DNA of 42,697 nucleotides from Clostridiales bacterium UBA6388 (GTDB lineage Bacteria > Bacillota > Clostridia > Oscillospirales > Oscillospiraceae). A model generated the notes under the pieces. It worked only from the letters and a program-made list of their open reading frames with translations. It did no database searches and was not told the origin of the DNA. Shown here in pieces: positions 23,075-32,232 of this stretch (positions are counted from its first letter, which is position 1; every line of letters begins with the position of its first letter). The translations under genes and the position numbers were made by a program. Location of the stretch: contig DJQK01000097.1 in NCBI GenBank assembly GCA_002437575.1, positions 1 to 42,697 on the forward strand, in the 5' to 3' direction.

Positions 23075-25455
23075 GCTTTCACCCCCGCGAGCCTGACGCC
23101 GACGCGCTGCGACTCCTCATTGTTGAGTTGGTACACCGCGCGGCCAAGTTCTCTCCGGTCAAGCTGCAGCACAACGGTCATCTGCCGTGCGCCCACTCCG
23201 CCGGTTTCGTTCATGGCTTGCTTGAACGCCTGTACCATCGTAGCCAGCGGCGTCTCGATGTTCGTCCCGCTCTTCTGGTCGCCGAGGACGGCCATGAATT
23301 CCCGGTTTGGCGGAATGACCGTTCCGGAGGCGAGGCGGGGTAGTTGGACCGTTGAGACCGGCGGTATGGCTGATGCTACATATGGCATCAGCCCAGACGA
23401 TGCGGTTTTCCTGCTGCCGCCAAAGCCTTTGCGCTGTGTTGGCAAATCCTCGTATGTAATATCTGTCCAATGTATTGCCAACCCGAGCCCAATTCCGACG
23501 ATTCCGCCGACGATTCCGCCGAACACGCCACCGCCAAGCGCGGCACCAATAGCCGCCCCAAGCAGTCCGTCCAAAATAACCTGTAAGATTGCTCCTGCTT
23601 GTCTTTTCGTTCCCTCTGACACGGAATCGTCAAAATCAAGTTTTATGATTTGGATCAAAGTCCCCGCTGTAAGTCCAATTATGCCGCCAGCAATAGCGCC
23701 TGCCGGGCCAAACCCGAGACCGCCAAGAGCCGCAAAAATCAGCGTTGTCATTATGACCCCTAGCATAGCTTTTGCTGTGGTTTTTGAACTTTCGGACGCA
23801 TTTTCGTCGAATGCTATGCTTATAAGCGTTATGAGCGTGCCTAGTGTCAGACCAATAATGGTTCCTGTAAGCCCTTTGAATATAAGCGGCCCGATAATCG
23901 TGCCTAGGAGGATCCCCATAAGCTGAAAGAACCCTTCCTTGCTTAGTCCTGCGTTTTTCAATTCATCTTCAAACGCAACCGACAGCACCGATATCGAAGC
24001 CCCCAGAAGCAGTCCAATCACTGCTCCTTTTAGCCCTCCAAATATTCCGCCAAGAACTGCACCGAGAATTGCCGTTATGACCGTTCCAAATGTATCCTTC
24101 GCACTCCATTTATCGAACTTCCCGTCCAGGAATTCTACCGCAATAAGGCCAATGCTTGCGCCAACAAGCAAGCCAATCACGCCGCCAGCGAATCCGCCAA
24201 ATATTTTTCCAAGTGATGCGCCAATTAACGCAGATAAAGCGATAATCGCCAGATTTTTTGCTCTTTCCGGGTTTTCCAGCTTGTCTGTCCATGTTGCAGT
24301 TATAAGCCCGATTGCAGCACCAAGCAGCAAGCCAATCACGCCGCCTGTAAGCCCGCCAAACATTGACCCAAGGACAGCCCCAAGTATCGCAGACAGCACA
24401 ACAATCCACGCATCCTTGTTTTTCAGGATATTCCCGCGATCCCAGTCAAATTTCAGATCTTTGATCTTGATCTTCAAATCACTTGCAAACTTGTTTAGTT
24501 CTCTTGCCAAATTGGCGAGCCATCCGGGGAGCGCAGAAACAAGGGAATCAAAGTCCGCCGCAATTCCGCTGGAGGCCCCGCCTGCGCCTCCTGCTGCATT
24601 GTCCGCCGTCAACTGATTGATTTCGTCGAACGCAGCCATGCTCTTTTCAGCGTCCTTTGCCGCCGAGCCTACTCCATCAAGCGCATTCTTCTCGTTGTTC
24701 AGGCTTTCTGCCGCTTTCTTCGATTCTGCGAGGCTCGATCCAAACAGGATCGATACGAATTCTGCAATCGCCGTCACACCCTTTGCAAGCGCATTTACAA
24801 GCACTGTAAAAGCCGGAACGACTACGTTCAAAATTGGCTGTGCAAGTGTCAGCAGCGCGCCCTTTAAGCGCGCAATCGCGGCGCTCGCTTCGTCGTTTTG
24901 CTGAATCGTTTTCCCGAGCCAATCCCGAAAACTTGAAAGGCCTCTCGAAATCAGGCCGAAAAACAGGACGCGGCGGAGCAACGAGCGGATTCTATTCGCG
25001 AATTTTTCCGCTCTTTTCTGCATTTTTTCGACCGCTTCCGCCATTCTTTCCTGAATACCGCTTGTATGGGAGATTTGCAGCGCAAGTTCCCCGTAGCGTT
25101 CTTTCGCACGATCCAGATCATAGTTTGCATTTTCGATCTGCCGGTCATATTTCTCGACTTGTGCCTGTACCCGGTTATATTGTCCAGATAGCGATTGCAC
25201 AAGTTCCTTCTGATCTGCCAACTGCTTTGCCGTGTACTGTCCTGGCGTGGCCTGTTGCATTTCATAAAGTTTTGCGTTCGCCTTATCTAACTCTGCCGAG
25301 AGTTCTGCCGCCTGTTCGGCAAGGGGAGATCTCAGATCGTTTGCTTTTCTGATTTTTCCCTCAATCGATTCGATTTTTCGTGCTACTTTATCCAGTTCCT
25401 TTTCTGCTTTATCTGCATTTGCGTTTACCACGATGGATACACTTCCATCTGCCAT
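23071..25455 (-). CDS. Tape measure protein
   Basis: 794 aa from MADGSVSI, with coiled coil, AAFDEINQL, Gly-rich hydrophobic repeats and a C-terminal LPRLASGTVIPPNREFMAVLGDQ. Confidence 0.9.
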   Translation of the reverse strand: MADGSVSIVVNANADKAEKELDKVARKIESIEGKIRKANDLRSPLAEQAAELSAELDKANAKLYEMQQATPGQYTAKQLADQKELVQSLSGQYNRVQAQVEKYDRQIENANYDLDRAKERYGELALQISHTSGIQERMAEAVEKMQKRAEKFANRIRSLLRRVLFFGLISRGLSSFRDWLGKTIQQNDEASAAIARLKGALLTLAQPILNVVVPAFTVLVNALAKGVTAIAEFVSILFGSSLAESKKAAESLNNEKNALDGVGSAAKDAEKSMAAFDEINQLTADNAAGGAGGASSGIAADFDSLVSALPGWLANLARELNKFASDLKIKIKDLKFDWDRGNILKNKDAWIVVLSAILGAVLGSMFGGLTGGVIGLLLGAAIGLITATWTDKLENPERAKNLAIIALSALIGASLGKIFGGFAGGVIGLLVGASIGLIAVEFLDGKFDKWSAKDTFGTVITAILGAVLGGIFGGLKGAVIGLLLGASISVLSVAFEDELKNAGLSKEGFFQLMGILLGTIIGPLIFKGLTGTIIGLTLGTLITLISIAFDENASESSKTTAKAMLGVIMTTLIFAALGGLGFGPAGAIAGGIIGLTAGTLIQIIKLDFDDSVSEGTKRQAGAILQVILDGLLGAAIGAALGGGVFGGIVGGIVGIGLGLAIHWTDITYEDLPTQRKGFGGSRKTASSGLMPYVASAIPPVSTVQLPRLASGTVIPPNREFMAVLGDQKSGTNIETPLATMVQAFKQAMNETGGVGARQMTVVLQLDRRELGRAVYQLNNEESQRVGVRLAGVKA

Positions 25456-25473
25456 AATTTCACCACCTTTGGA

Positions 25474-25502
25474 TTGCATTTCTTTTGCTTTTATGGTATT
25501 TT
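25474..25502 (+). promoter_or_regulatory. Promoter of the DUF4352-like moron
   Basis: TTGCAT-17bp-TATTTT with extended TG; AGGAGG RBS at 25511. Confidence 0.5.
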
Positions 25503-25524
25503 GTACTTATAGGAGGAGATAATT

Positions 25525-26367
25525 GTGGAAATGTGTACAATCGAACTACATAGAGAAAGTCTGTTTTCTTACCGTGCCATCCCGTTTTACCTTGTGCTGG
25601 ATGGGGAAGACGTTGGGCGCGTTAAGGATGGCGAAGTGCTCCAATTCCTTGCCGCGCCCGGTTCTCACGAACTGTGCGTGTATCGCGGTCGCAAGTGCAT
25701 CGGCCGCCGGAGGTTTACCGTTTCAGATGGTCAGCCAGTCGATTACTTCACGCTTCACACATCGCCATGGTCCGGGAAAGTGTCTTTTTCTCGCGGTTTG
25801 AATTCGCAAGCGCCATCACGACACCCCAGCGGATGCCTGACGGCCCTGATCGTATTCCTCTGTCTCATCGTCTTTATTGGCGTGGCCCTTTCTTCCTGCG
25901 AGTCGTCCTCCAAGCCTGAAAAGGTCGGAGAATCGAATTCTTCGCAGCAGCAACAGCAGCAGTCTAACTCCGGACCTGAAGTGTTTGGCGTCGGAGACCA
26001 GGTCGTTTTGGATGGTGTGACCGTCACACTACTTGGTGTTTCCGAGAATTCCGGGCGGAACTACGTCTCCCCGGATGAGGGCAAGGTTTTTGTACTGTGC
26101 GAATTCGAGATTGAAAACAATTCGTCCCGCGATATTGCGTCCAGCACTATGCTTTCCTTTGAATGCTATATCGACGGCTACTCTACCACGCTTAGCCTCA
26201 CTGCCATGATGAGTTCCGACGACCCGCAGCTTGACGGCACGATTGCCGCCGGGAAGAAAATGAAAGGTGTCGTCGGATATGAAGTGCCGCAGGATTGGCG
26301 TGAAATCGAGGTTCGCTTCTCCCCGAGTTTCTGGGGCAAGGAAATCATTTTTGAGCACAAAAAATAA
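25525..26367 (+). CDS. DUF4352-like membrane-anchored protein (moron)
   Basis: TM GCLTALIVFLCLIVFIGVAL, then PDEGKVFVLCEFEIENNS...LDGTIAAGKKMKGVVGYEVP; opposite strand within the tail operon. Confidence 0.8.
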   Translation: MEMCTIELHRESLFSYRAIPFYLVLDGEDVGRVKDGEVLQFLAAPGSHELCVYRGRKCIGRRRFTVSDGQPVDYFTLHTSPWSGKVSFSRGLNSQAPSRHPSGCLTALIVFLCLIVFIGVALSSCESSSKPEKVGESNSSQQQQQQSNSGPEVFGVGDQVVLDGVTVTLLGVSENSGRNYVSPDEGKVFVLCEFEIENNSSRDIASSTMLSFECYIDGYSTTLSLTAMMSSDDPQLDGTIAAGKKMKGVVGYEVPQDWREIEVRFSPSFWGKEIIFEHKK

Positions 26368-26378
26368 ACCTTCCATGC

Positions 26379-26409
26379 AGCCGCCCCTTAATCGGGGCGG
26401 CTATTTTTT
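26379..26409 (+). terminator. Intrinsic terminator of the moron
   Basis: AGCCGCCCC-ttaatc-GGGGCGGCT-ATTTTTT. Confidence 0.75.
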
Positions 26410-26972
26410 GGTTTAATGCCCCATGCGGCAAACAGTTCGTTTTCGGTCTCGGAATATGTTGTCTTGAGGTCAACGATATCCCTGTTGCGGCGATAAAATT
26501 CCCTCTCCTGCTTGTCGAGACTCTTTCCCCGTGCCTTTTTGTCCCGGATGGAAACCACCTGTGCAAACAGGCAATCGCCAACCTCTTGATAATACCCAAG
26601 GAACGAGTACCAGTGTAGGTATTCCAGCGCACGGACTTCGCAGCCGGCAATGCGGTTGATTGGTGCGATATAGAGATCAAAATCCTGCTCCCATGACATG
26701 ATTTCAGGTTGCTTTTTCTTTTCCCTGTTTTCCTGCCCCCGGTCGATGAAGCGGAAGCACTGATTGAGGGCCTCCTGATAGTCGCTGACAGGCATTTCGT
26801 CGAATCCGGGATAGAAGATGGACAGCACCGTTTCCGCTTTGTCCCGCTCGTCCAGCCCCCTGTCGTTCAGCGCTGTTAGGATGTCGAGAATCGCTCGGTA
26901 GTCGGATTGGATTGGATACGTTGTGCCGTTCACGTCAACCGTGGTCGGCAGCGCCCATATCACTTTTTCCAT
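26388..26972 (-). CDS. Gp15-like tail assembly protein
   Basis: LPTTVDVNGTTYPIQSDYRAIL...SWEQDFDLYI...YLHWYSF...VVSIR pattern of the A118 Gp15 family. Confidence 0.8.
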   Translation of the reverse strand: MEKVIWALPTTVDVNGTTYPIQSDYRAILDILTALNDRGLDERDKAETVLSIFYPGFDEMPVSDYQEALNQCFRFIDRGQENREKKKQPEIMSWEQDFDLYIAPINRIAGCEVRALEYLHWYSFLGYYQEVGDCLFAQVVSIRDKKARGKSLDKQEREFYRRNRDIVDLKTTYSETENELFAAWGIKPKNSRPD

Positions 26973-27376
26973 TTTGCCGTATATTTCGCGATCCTCGGAT
27001 TTGTCTTCTTCTGTTCCGCTGCGAAGCTTGTATCGATCTGGTCGATTACGGCCAGCATCAGGTTGTACCACACCGGCAGACCATCCGCCAGCGCGTAGAC
27101 GTTCATTGTTCCAAAAAGCGCCGTGCAGACAGGCTGCGCGAACAGGTTGTCGATCATTTCTCGCATTTCCGCGTCGCGGCGGCGGGCGATGTTGAAAATC
27201 TCCCGCTTGTCCGCGCGCTCGATCTCGGCCTTGTATGCCTCCTGCTTCTTGTCCAGTTCGTCGAAAGTGTTGAAAATCTGTTCAACAATCGCGGTGTCTG
27301 TTGGGTTGAAGGATACCTCAGCCGCGTCGTTCAGCTTGAATGATACAACGCCGGTTTCAAATCTGATTTCAGGCAT
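26960..27376 (-). CDS. Tail assembly chaperone
   Basis: 138 aa between the major tail and Gp15-like genes; VSFNPTD motif. Confidence 0.75.
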   Translation of the reverse strand: MPEIRFETGVVSFKLNDAAEVSFNPTDTAIVEQIFNTFDELDKKQEAYKAEIERADKREIFNIARRRDAEMREMIDNLFAQPVCTALFGTMNVYALADGLPVWYNLMLAVIDQIDTSFAAEQKKTNPRIAKYTAKWKK

Positions 27377-27388
27377 TTTGTTCCCTCC

Positions 27389-27919
27389 TTACGCCGCGTC
27401 CGGCGTGAAGGTAATAGCCCCGTTGGAGCCGATCGCAGCCGTTCCAGTCGTGCGGTTGCCTCCGAGTGTCACATCGATCGGCATACCGACAGAACCGCCG
27501 CCCTCGCCACCAAGGCTGGACGGCTTGACCATGGAAGCGTCGTAGCGCTCCGCAAATACCGCCGTCTTGGCCGTTCCCGCGTAATGGTGGACGATCAGCA
27601 CGTCCTGATTCGCCAGCGCAGCGGCGTTCTGCTGCTTGACCGCCAGATCCCAGATTTTTTTCAGCGCCGCGTCGCCCGCGTCCAGGTCGCACGGGTCAAA
27701 GCTTTGCGTGATGATCGGTTTCTTCATGGTGGTTCTGGTCGTGCCGAGGATATCCTTGCTGGAGTCCTCCTGCCAGTCATACTCCATGCTGGAGTCCGTG
27801 ACGCGCGTTCCGAACGGCGACCAGACGGGCGTCGAGGACTCGCCGGTGTTCAGGTATGCGATCAGCAGCTCCCGGTCGATGGTCTGACCGGCAGTGGTAT
27901 TAAATGTCATATCTGCCAT
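27389..27919 (-). CDS. Major tail tube protein
   Basis: 176 aa, beta-rich, KDILGTT motif, expected position. Confidence 0.8.
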   Translation of the reverse strand: MADMTFNTTAGQTIDRELLIAYLNTGESSTPVWSPFGTRVTDSSMEYDWQEDSSKDILGTTRTTMKKPIITQSFDPCDLDAGDAALKKIWDLAVKQQNAAALANQDVLIVHHYAGTAKTAVFAERYDASMVKPSSLGGEGGGSVGMPIDVTLGGNRTTGTAAIGSNGAITFTPDAA

Positions 27920-27921
27920 AG

Positions 27922-28377
27922 TTAAATCACCTCATATGTCAGTTTCATTAGAATTTGGTGGTCTTCCGTGCCGTCCTCGTACCGGGCAAACAGAGCCGCG
28001 CGGCTGACGGGTTCGACATGCCGGACACGGACATTTTTACCTAAATCCGGCCAGTTTGCCGCCGCCCAGTCCCCGAAGCGATTGAGCATGGCGTCGCACT
28101 TCAAGCGCTTGTCATTGCTGCTGCCGGGGATGATGCGGGCGATGATCTTGAATTGATATTCCGCCTCATGCCCGCCGAGGATGAATTTTCGTGTGATGTA
28201 CGCGCCCTGAATAGTGGACAGGGCCATGCTTGCCGAGTCGGCAGCGAGGAATTCGTAGTTGATCGTTGCGGCCGGCATGTCGTCGTCTGAGAAGGAATTC
28301 GCCCAGATCATCATCTTCCGGGAGATATCCTGCTCTTCCTCCGCAGATACCAGCCTTTTTTGCTTTTCAGAGTCCAT
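27922..28377 (-). CDS. Tail terminator-like ('minor capsid') protein
   Basis: 151 aa directly upstream of the major tail gene. Confidence 0.65.
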   Translation of the reverse strand: MDSEKQKRLVSAEEEQDISRKMMIWANSFSDDDMPAATINYEFLAADSASMALSTIQGAYITRKFILGGHEAEYQFKIIARIIPGSSNDKRLKCDAMLNRFGDWAAANWPDLGKNVRVRHVEPVSRAALFARYEDGTEDHQILMKLTYEVI

Positions 28378-28777
28378 TCTTCACCGCCTTGTCTGCTACA
28401 CGAAGCCATTTATCAAGATTTTCAGCCTTTGACGCTTCAAACCAGTGCGATTGCGCCTGATTGTGTCCGGACGTGTTGAACACGAGGTTCTTGTCGGTCA
28501 GTACCTTTGTCCCGCCTTTCGGCGCGTAGGCGCTTCCGGTCTCCGGGTCTACCATGACTTTCCCATAGTACAGGAATCGCGCGTATGGGCCTTGGTAGAT
28601 GATTGCGCTCCCCTTCACTTGCGTTCTTCGGTCGAGCGAACCGGTCAGAAACGGCACATACGGAGATGTGTCCTTTCTTGCCTGAAGTGCGACAATATGC
28701 TCCGCTTTGGTGCATGCCTGTGCGATTGCCTCATGCAATTCATCAAAGCCGTCCGCTTTTACGCTGAATTTCAGCAT
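28367..28777 (-). CDS. Neck/tail completion ('minor capsid') protein
   Basis: PYVPFLTGSL...GPYARFLYYG...HWFE motifs. Confidence 0.75.
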   Translation of the reverse strand: MLKFSVKADGFDELHEAIAQACTKAEHIVALQARKDTSPYVPFLTGSLDRRTQVKGSAIIYQGPYARFLYYGKVMVDPETGSAYAPKGGTKVLTDKNLVFNTSGHNQAQSHWFEASKAENLDKWLRVADKAVKNGL

Positions 28778-28778
28778 T

Positions 28779-29240
28779 TCAGGCTCCTCCGACTTCCCAG
28801 TGTCTCATGTCAACGCTGCCGTAGTCCTTCATATCTACTTTTGTCACTTTGTAAACGTCGTCGTAGAGCATCTCGATCCGCTGCTCGGTCTTGTCCGGCT
28901 CCACGACATCACCCTTGATAAAAAATGTCGTTCCGCCGTTGCCGTCCGTGGAGAGCGTCCAGAGGCCGCTTTTATCGGCTGCGCGCCAGAATTCCTGCGG
29001 GCCGACGTAGCGCTTTTCTGCGCCCGTCACGCCATCCACAGCGGGCGTGGAGAACGGGATATACAGATTCACTGCATCCGCGCCCTCAAGCCCGCTCTGC
29101 CGGACGTTGGCCGCCTTGGAGGCTTCCAGCAGCACCCCGCGCAGGACTGTGATATAGGTCTTTTCTACGTCCTTGAACGTCGCCGAGTCTGTCTCCTGCG
29201 AGACGTTGTAGATCGTTACGGTGTGGGGGAACATGGACAC
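28779..29240 (-). CDS. Head closure protein
   Basis: MFPHTVTIYN...MRHWEVGG; position after the adaptor. Confidence 0.7.
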   Translation of the reverse strand: MSMFPHTVTIYNVSQETDSATFKDVEKTYITVLRGVLLEASKAANVRQSGLEGADAVNLYIPFSTPAVDGVTGAEKRYVGPQEFWRAADKSGLWTLSTDGNGGTTFFIKGDVVEPDKTEQRIEMLYDDVYKVTKVDMKDYGSVDMRHWEVGGA

Positions 29241-29632
29241 GGCCCATACCCCCTTGCTTTGAGTAATCCGGTCGGCCCGAGGTACGCCAGCACGATCTCT
29301 CGGCGGCGCGCCTCCGTCCGCTGCATATCCGCCTGCGACAGATTGCGTGAGCCAAAGCTGCGCGACCAGCCGCCTACCGTTTCGCTTGACACCGGCCTGT
29401 CGGTCGTATAGACAAGGCTGTCCAGTTTCCCGGCGTCCTGCTCCAGTTCGGCCAGTGCGCAGACGCAGTTCTGAATGGCTTCGAGTTTTTCCCCGGCGGC
29501 GGAGCGTGCGCGGCTCATTGTGATGTAATCGACGTAAGCCGACGCCTTGCGGGCGAGGCCACAGAACTGCTCCTCATCCAGCACCGTCCCGCGGTATACG
29601 GTCGCATAAAACTCATAATCGGCGTAGATCAT
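29216..29632 (-). CDS. Head-tail adaptor
   Basis: MIYADYEFY...ASAYVDYIT...SETVGGWSRSF...YLGPTGLL. Confidence 0.75.
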   Translation of the reverse strand: MIYADYEFYATVYRGTVLDEEQFCGLARKASAYVDYITMSRARSAAGEKLEAIQNCVCALAELEQDAGKLDSLVYTTDRPVSSETVGGWSRSFGSRNLSQADMQRTEARRREIVLAYLGPTGLLKARGYGPCPCSPTP

Positions 29633-29692
29633 GCTGCGCCCTCCTTCCGGTCAGCCTCCGCACCCGTCGCGCAGGCGCGGAGGCTCGTTTTT

Positions 29693-30730
29693 TTACTTGC
29701 TGACGTCCGCGCCGATGAACAGGCCGTAAGGATCGGGCACGACCGGAATAAACAGGCCGCTTGCCTTTGTCCAGACGGCCACGGGGTCGGGCGTCTGCCA
29801 CTGCGTAATGGTGATGTACTGCTGCGCGCTCTTGTCGGAGTACGGGCCATAGGCCGTCTCTTCCGGCGTCACGCCCCACAGTCCGACACCAAAGGAATTG
29901 GCCGTGCCGTTGGACAGGAATGCGACCTTGTCCTCTGGGAAGAAACGGTATGTCTTTTCCTTGCCGTCCGCCGCCTGCACCTTGTAGCGCTGGTCGTTGG
30001 TCGTGATCTGGCCGAAGCCGAACAGTTCTGTAAAGAGGCTGCGCAGCTTTTCGCCGGTGACGTATGTGCCAGCGCCGACCGTACCGTATACGAGGGTCTG
30101 AATGCCCTTGTTGGACGCGAGTTTGCGCAGGATCTTCGTACCGACAATCATTTCATTCAGCGCGTGGCCGGAGGCCGCCGCCTGATCTGCAATGGCCTGA
30201 ATCTGGCCGATGATATCAGCATCTGCGCCAAAATCGATCTTAAAGCCGGTGTTCGCGGACGGAACGCCGTAATCGACAGTCATGTTGAGATTGTTTTCCT
30301 TGATGGTCATCTTGCCGGTCGCAAGGACTTCCATCTTCGCGACTTCGGTTCTGGCCTTGACCGCATCGGCCATCTGGCGCATATCGTCGAAGACGTAGCG
30401 CACAATGGCGTTGTCGGCGTACACGCCGTTTTCGGTCAGCTGCCGCACCCGCTCAGACTGGTTGATCTTGCGCTTGATAAGCAGCTTTTCAACCTCGGTC
30501 TTTTCGAGCGCCGGGCGCGTGGCGATTTCCGCCTCGGTGTCAAAGGCGTGGACAGTCGCCATCGTGGGGATCTGTGCGCCGTTCGCGAGGCGCAGGTACT
30601 CGGCCTTGAGGCTTTCGGTCTTCTGGTCCGGGAACAGCCGGTCGCCGAGGTAAGCCGGGCGTGCAACGGAAATGTTCTGAGAGAAATCCAGCCGGTCAGC
30701 GTCGGAAATCAGTTCAAGAATGTCAGGCAT
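29693..30730 (-). CDS. Major capsid protein (lambda gpE-like family)
   Basis: 345 aa after the decoration and scaffold genes; LFP, VDYGVP and DPVAVWTKASGLFIP motifs. Confidence 0.85.
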   Translation of the reverse strand: MPDILELISDADRLDFSQNISVARPAYLGDRLFPDQKTESLKAEYLRLANGAQIPTMATVHAFDTEAEIATRPALEKTEVEKLLIKRKINQSERVRQLTENGVYADNAIVRYVFDDMRQMADAVKARTEVAKMEVLATGKMTIKENNLNMTVDYGVPSANTGFKIDFGADADIIGQIQAIADQAAASGHALNEMIVGTKILRKLASNKGIQTLVYGTVGAGTYVTGEKLRSLFTELFGFGQITTNDQRYKVQAADGKEKTYRFFPEDKVAFLSNGTANSFGVGLWGVTPEETAYGPYSDKSAQQYITITQWQTPDPVAVWTKASGLFIPVVPDPYGLFIGADVSK

Positions 30731-30748
30731 GGTGTTTTTCCTCCTTCT

Positions 30749-31303
30749 TTAAGTCGTGGTCCATACGGGATACAGGGTTACGTTTCCGGTCATTTCGACC
30801 TTGGAGACGGCATCTCCGCCCTTGGATGTGCTCCAGCCGGTCTGGGTGTTGCCGCTCTTGGTCAGCGGGTATTCGGTCGAGACGTCGGCATAAGAACCCT
30901 CTGTGTAGACGTTCTCGTCCACGGGCGGCGTGCCGGTTCCGTCGTTTTTGTCGTAGGTCACGGTATAGCCGCGCGTGATCTCCGGCGCGTCAACGAACGT
31001 AAAGCCCTTACCGGACAGTGCGGTCTTGGCGGCGGATGCCAGCGACAGGCGATCTGCCAGCACACGGCCTGCGACCATCACGGAGCCGGGCATATTGCCG
31101 TCCGTTACGTCGATATCCTCAAATACGAGGCCGACGGCGTTCGCATTATCGGACGGGAACGGCGTACCGGCCTTGACAATCTTGTACTTACCGTCCTGTA
31201 CGCCCATAGATGCGGGGATCTCGCGGGTTTTCAGGACGAGGCCGACTTCGCTTTCAAGGAAGTTCGGTCTGACTTCTGCTTTTGTGTTTACAACGATAGA
31301 CAT
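30749..31303 (-). CDS. Head decoration protein with C-terminal Listeria-Bacteroides (InlB B) repeat
   Basis: KIVKAGTPFP decoration motif, then YTVTYDKNDGTG...TKSGNTQTGWST...NVTLYPVW. Confidence 0.75.
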   Translation of the reverse strand: MSIVVNTKAEVRPNFLESEVGLVLKTREIPASMGVQDGKYKIVKAGTPFPSDNANAVGLVFEDIDVTDGNMPGSVMVAGRVLADRLSLASAAKTALSGKGFTFVDAPEITRGYTVTYDKNDGTGTPPVDENVYTEGSYADVSTEYPLTKSGNTQTGWSTSKGGDAVSKVEMTGNVTLYPVWTTT

Positions 31304-31311
31304 TTTTCAAA

Positions 31312-31902
31312 TCACTCCTTGTTTGGTGTCTGCGCAAACTGCGCGTTGAACTGCTGCGCGTACATTGCGCCCTTGCTCTTTGCCGCCGGAGCGCCGCCCT
31401 GACCGACGGGCTTGACAAATGTGGGCGCGGGCTTGTCGGACTGGAATGCGGCCGGGTCTGCTTCGAGTTGAGCCTTGTGCCACTCGTCAAAGCCGGTCAA
31501 TTCGCCGTCTTTCAACTCGAGGTGCTTCTCCTTGAGGTCTGCAAGGTATGCTTTCTCGGCGGCTTTGGAAGAAAACTTGACGCCCTTAGCCGTGATCGCG
31601 CGGTTCATTGCGTCGGCGTAGTCCCGGCTTGCCAGCTGCGCCTTGTAATCTTCTGTTTCCTTGGTGTACCGGCCCTGAAGGTCTTCGAGTTGCTTGCGAA
31701 CGCTTTCAGCGTCCCCGCTGGACTTCCGAAGATCCTCGATATCCTTGTCGCGGTCAGCCAGCTGCTTTTCCACGGCCTCTTTGTCGGCCTTTGCGTCCTC
31801 TGCGGCCTTTTTGTGCCTCTCAATGTCCTTGCCGTTCATGGCAAAAACCTTGTCTGCCTGCTCTTCCGTCAGTCCGATGCTCAGCAATTCTTCTTTTTTC
31901 AT
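31312..31902 (-). CDS. Capsid scaffolding protein (GP20-like)
   Basis: MKKEELLSIGLTEEQADKVFAMNGKDIE, coiled coil. Confidence 0.85.
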   Translation of the reverse strand: MKKEELLSIGLTEEQADKVFAMNGKDIERHKKAAEDAKADKEAVEKQLADRDKDIEDLRKSSGDAESVRKQLEDLQGRYTKETEDYKAQLASRDYADAMNRAITAKGVKFSSKAAEKAYLADLKEKHLELKDGELTGFDEWHKAQLEADPAAFQSDKPAPTFVKPVGQGGAPAAKSKGAMYAQQFNAQFAQTPNKE

Positions 31903-32017
31903 GGTTATCTCCTTACGGGATAGGCTTTTTAGGTCGTCGCCGTGACCTCCCGCCTGCACTTTTAGGCTTGCAGATAGCCGATTTTTTGTATAAAACCCGC
32001 TCATGCGGTTTTTACCG

Positions 32018-32061
32018 AAACAAAAAGAGCCAACTACTGAGAAAATCTCAGCAGCTGGCTC
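32018..32061 (-). terminator. Strong intrinsic terminator within the head operon
   Basis: GAGCCAGCTGCTGAG-atttt-CTCAGTAGTTGGCTC-TTTTTGTTT; two G-U pairs form only on the minus strand. Confidence 0.75.
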
Positions 32062-32103
32062 ATCGTGCCATTCCGCGCACTCGATTGCGCTACGGTATCT
32101 GTA

Positions 32104-32232
32104 TTATTTTTTCAGTTCTTCCGCCTTGATGATCTGCGCCTTTACTGTCCCATCCTTCATGCGCTTCAGCTGGACGCGGAACCCGGCGGCAAGTGCCCGC
32201 TCAATAGCGGCTTTCAGTTTTTCGTCAATCAT
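32104..32232 (-). CDS. 42-aa basic peptide (not in ORF track)
   Basis: MIDEKLKAAIERALAAGFRVQLKRMKDGTVKAQIIKAEELKK*, ATGA overlap with the upstream stop. Confidence 0.65.
   Translation of the reverse strand: MIDEKLKAAIERALAAGFRVQLKRMKDGTVKAQIIKAEELKK

Noticed and set aside
23500..24400. Separate multi-pass transporter or glycine-zipper toxin
   Set aside because: The Gly-rich hydrophobic repeats are an in-frame internal part of the tape measure protein.
29629..29850. Frameshift extension of the major capsid protein
   Set aside because: The A-run lies after the stop codon, and the alternative frame adds only a short stretch with no domain before the adaptor gene.
30164..31402. Long plus-strand ORFs (412 aa here; also 38092-39321, 10873-11766, 23027-23926)
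   Set aside because: They are antisense shadows of well-supported minus-strand genes in GC-rich sequence, with no recognisable motifs.
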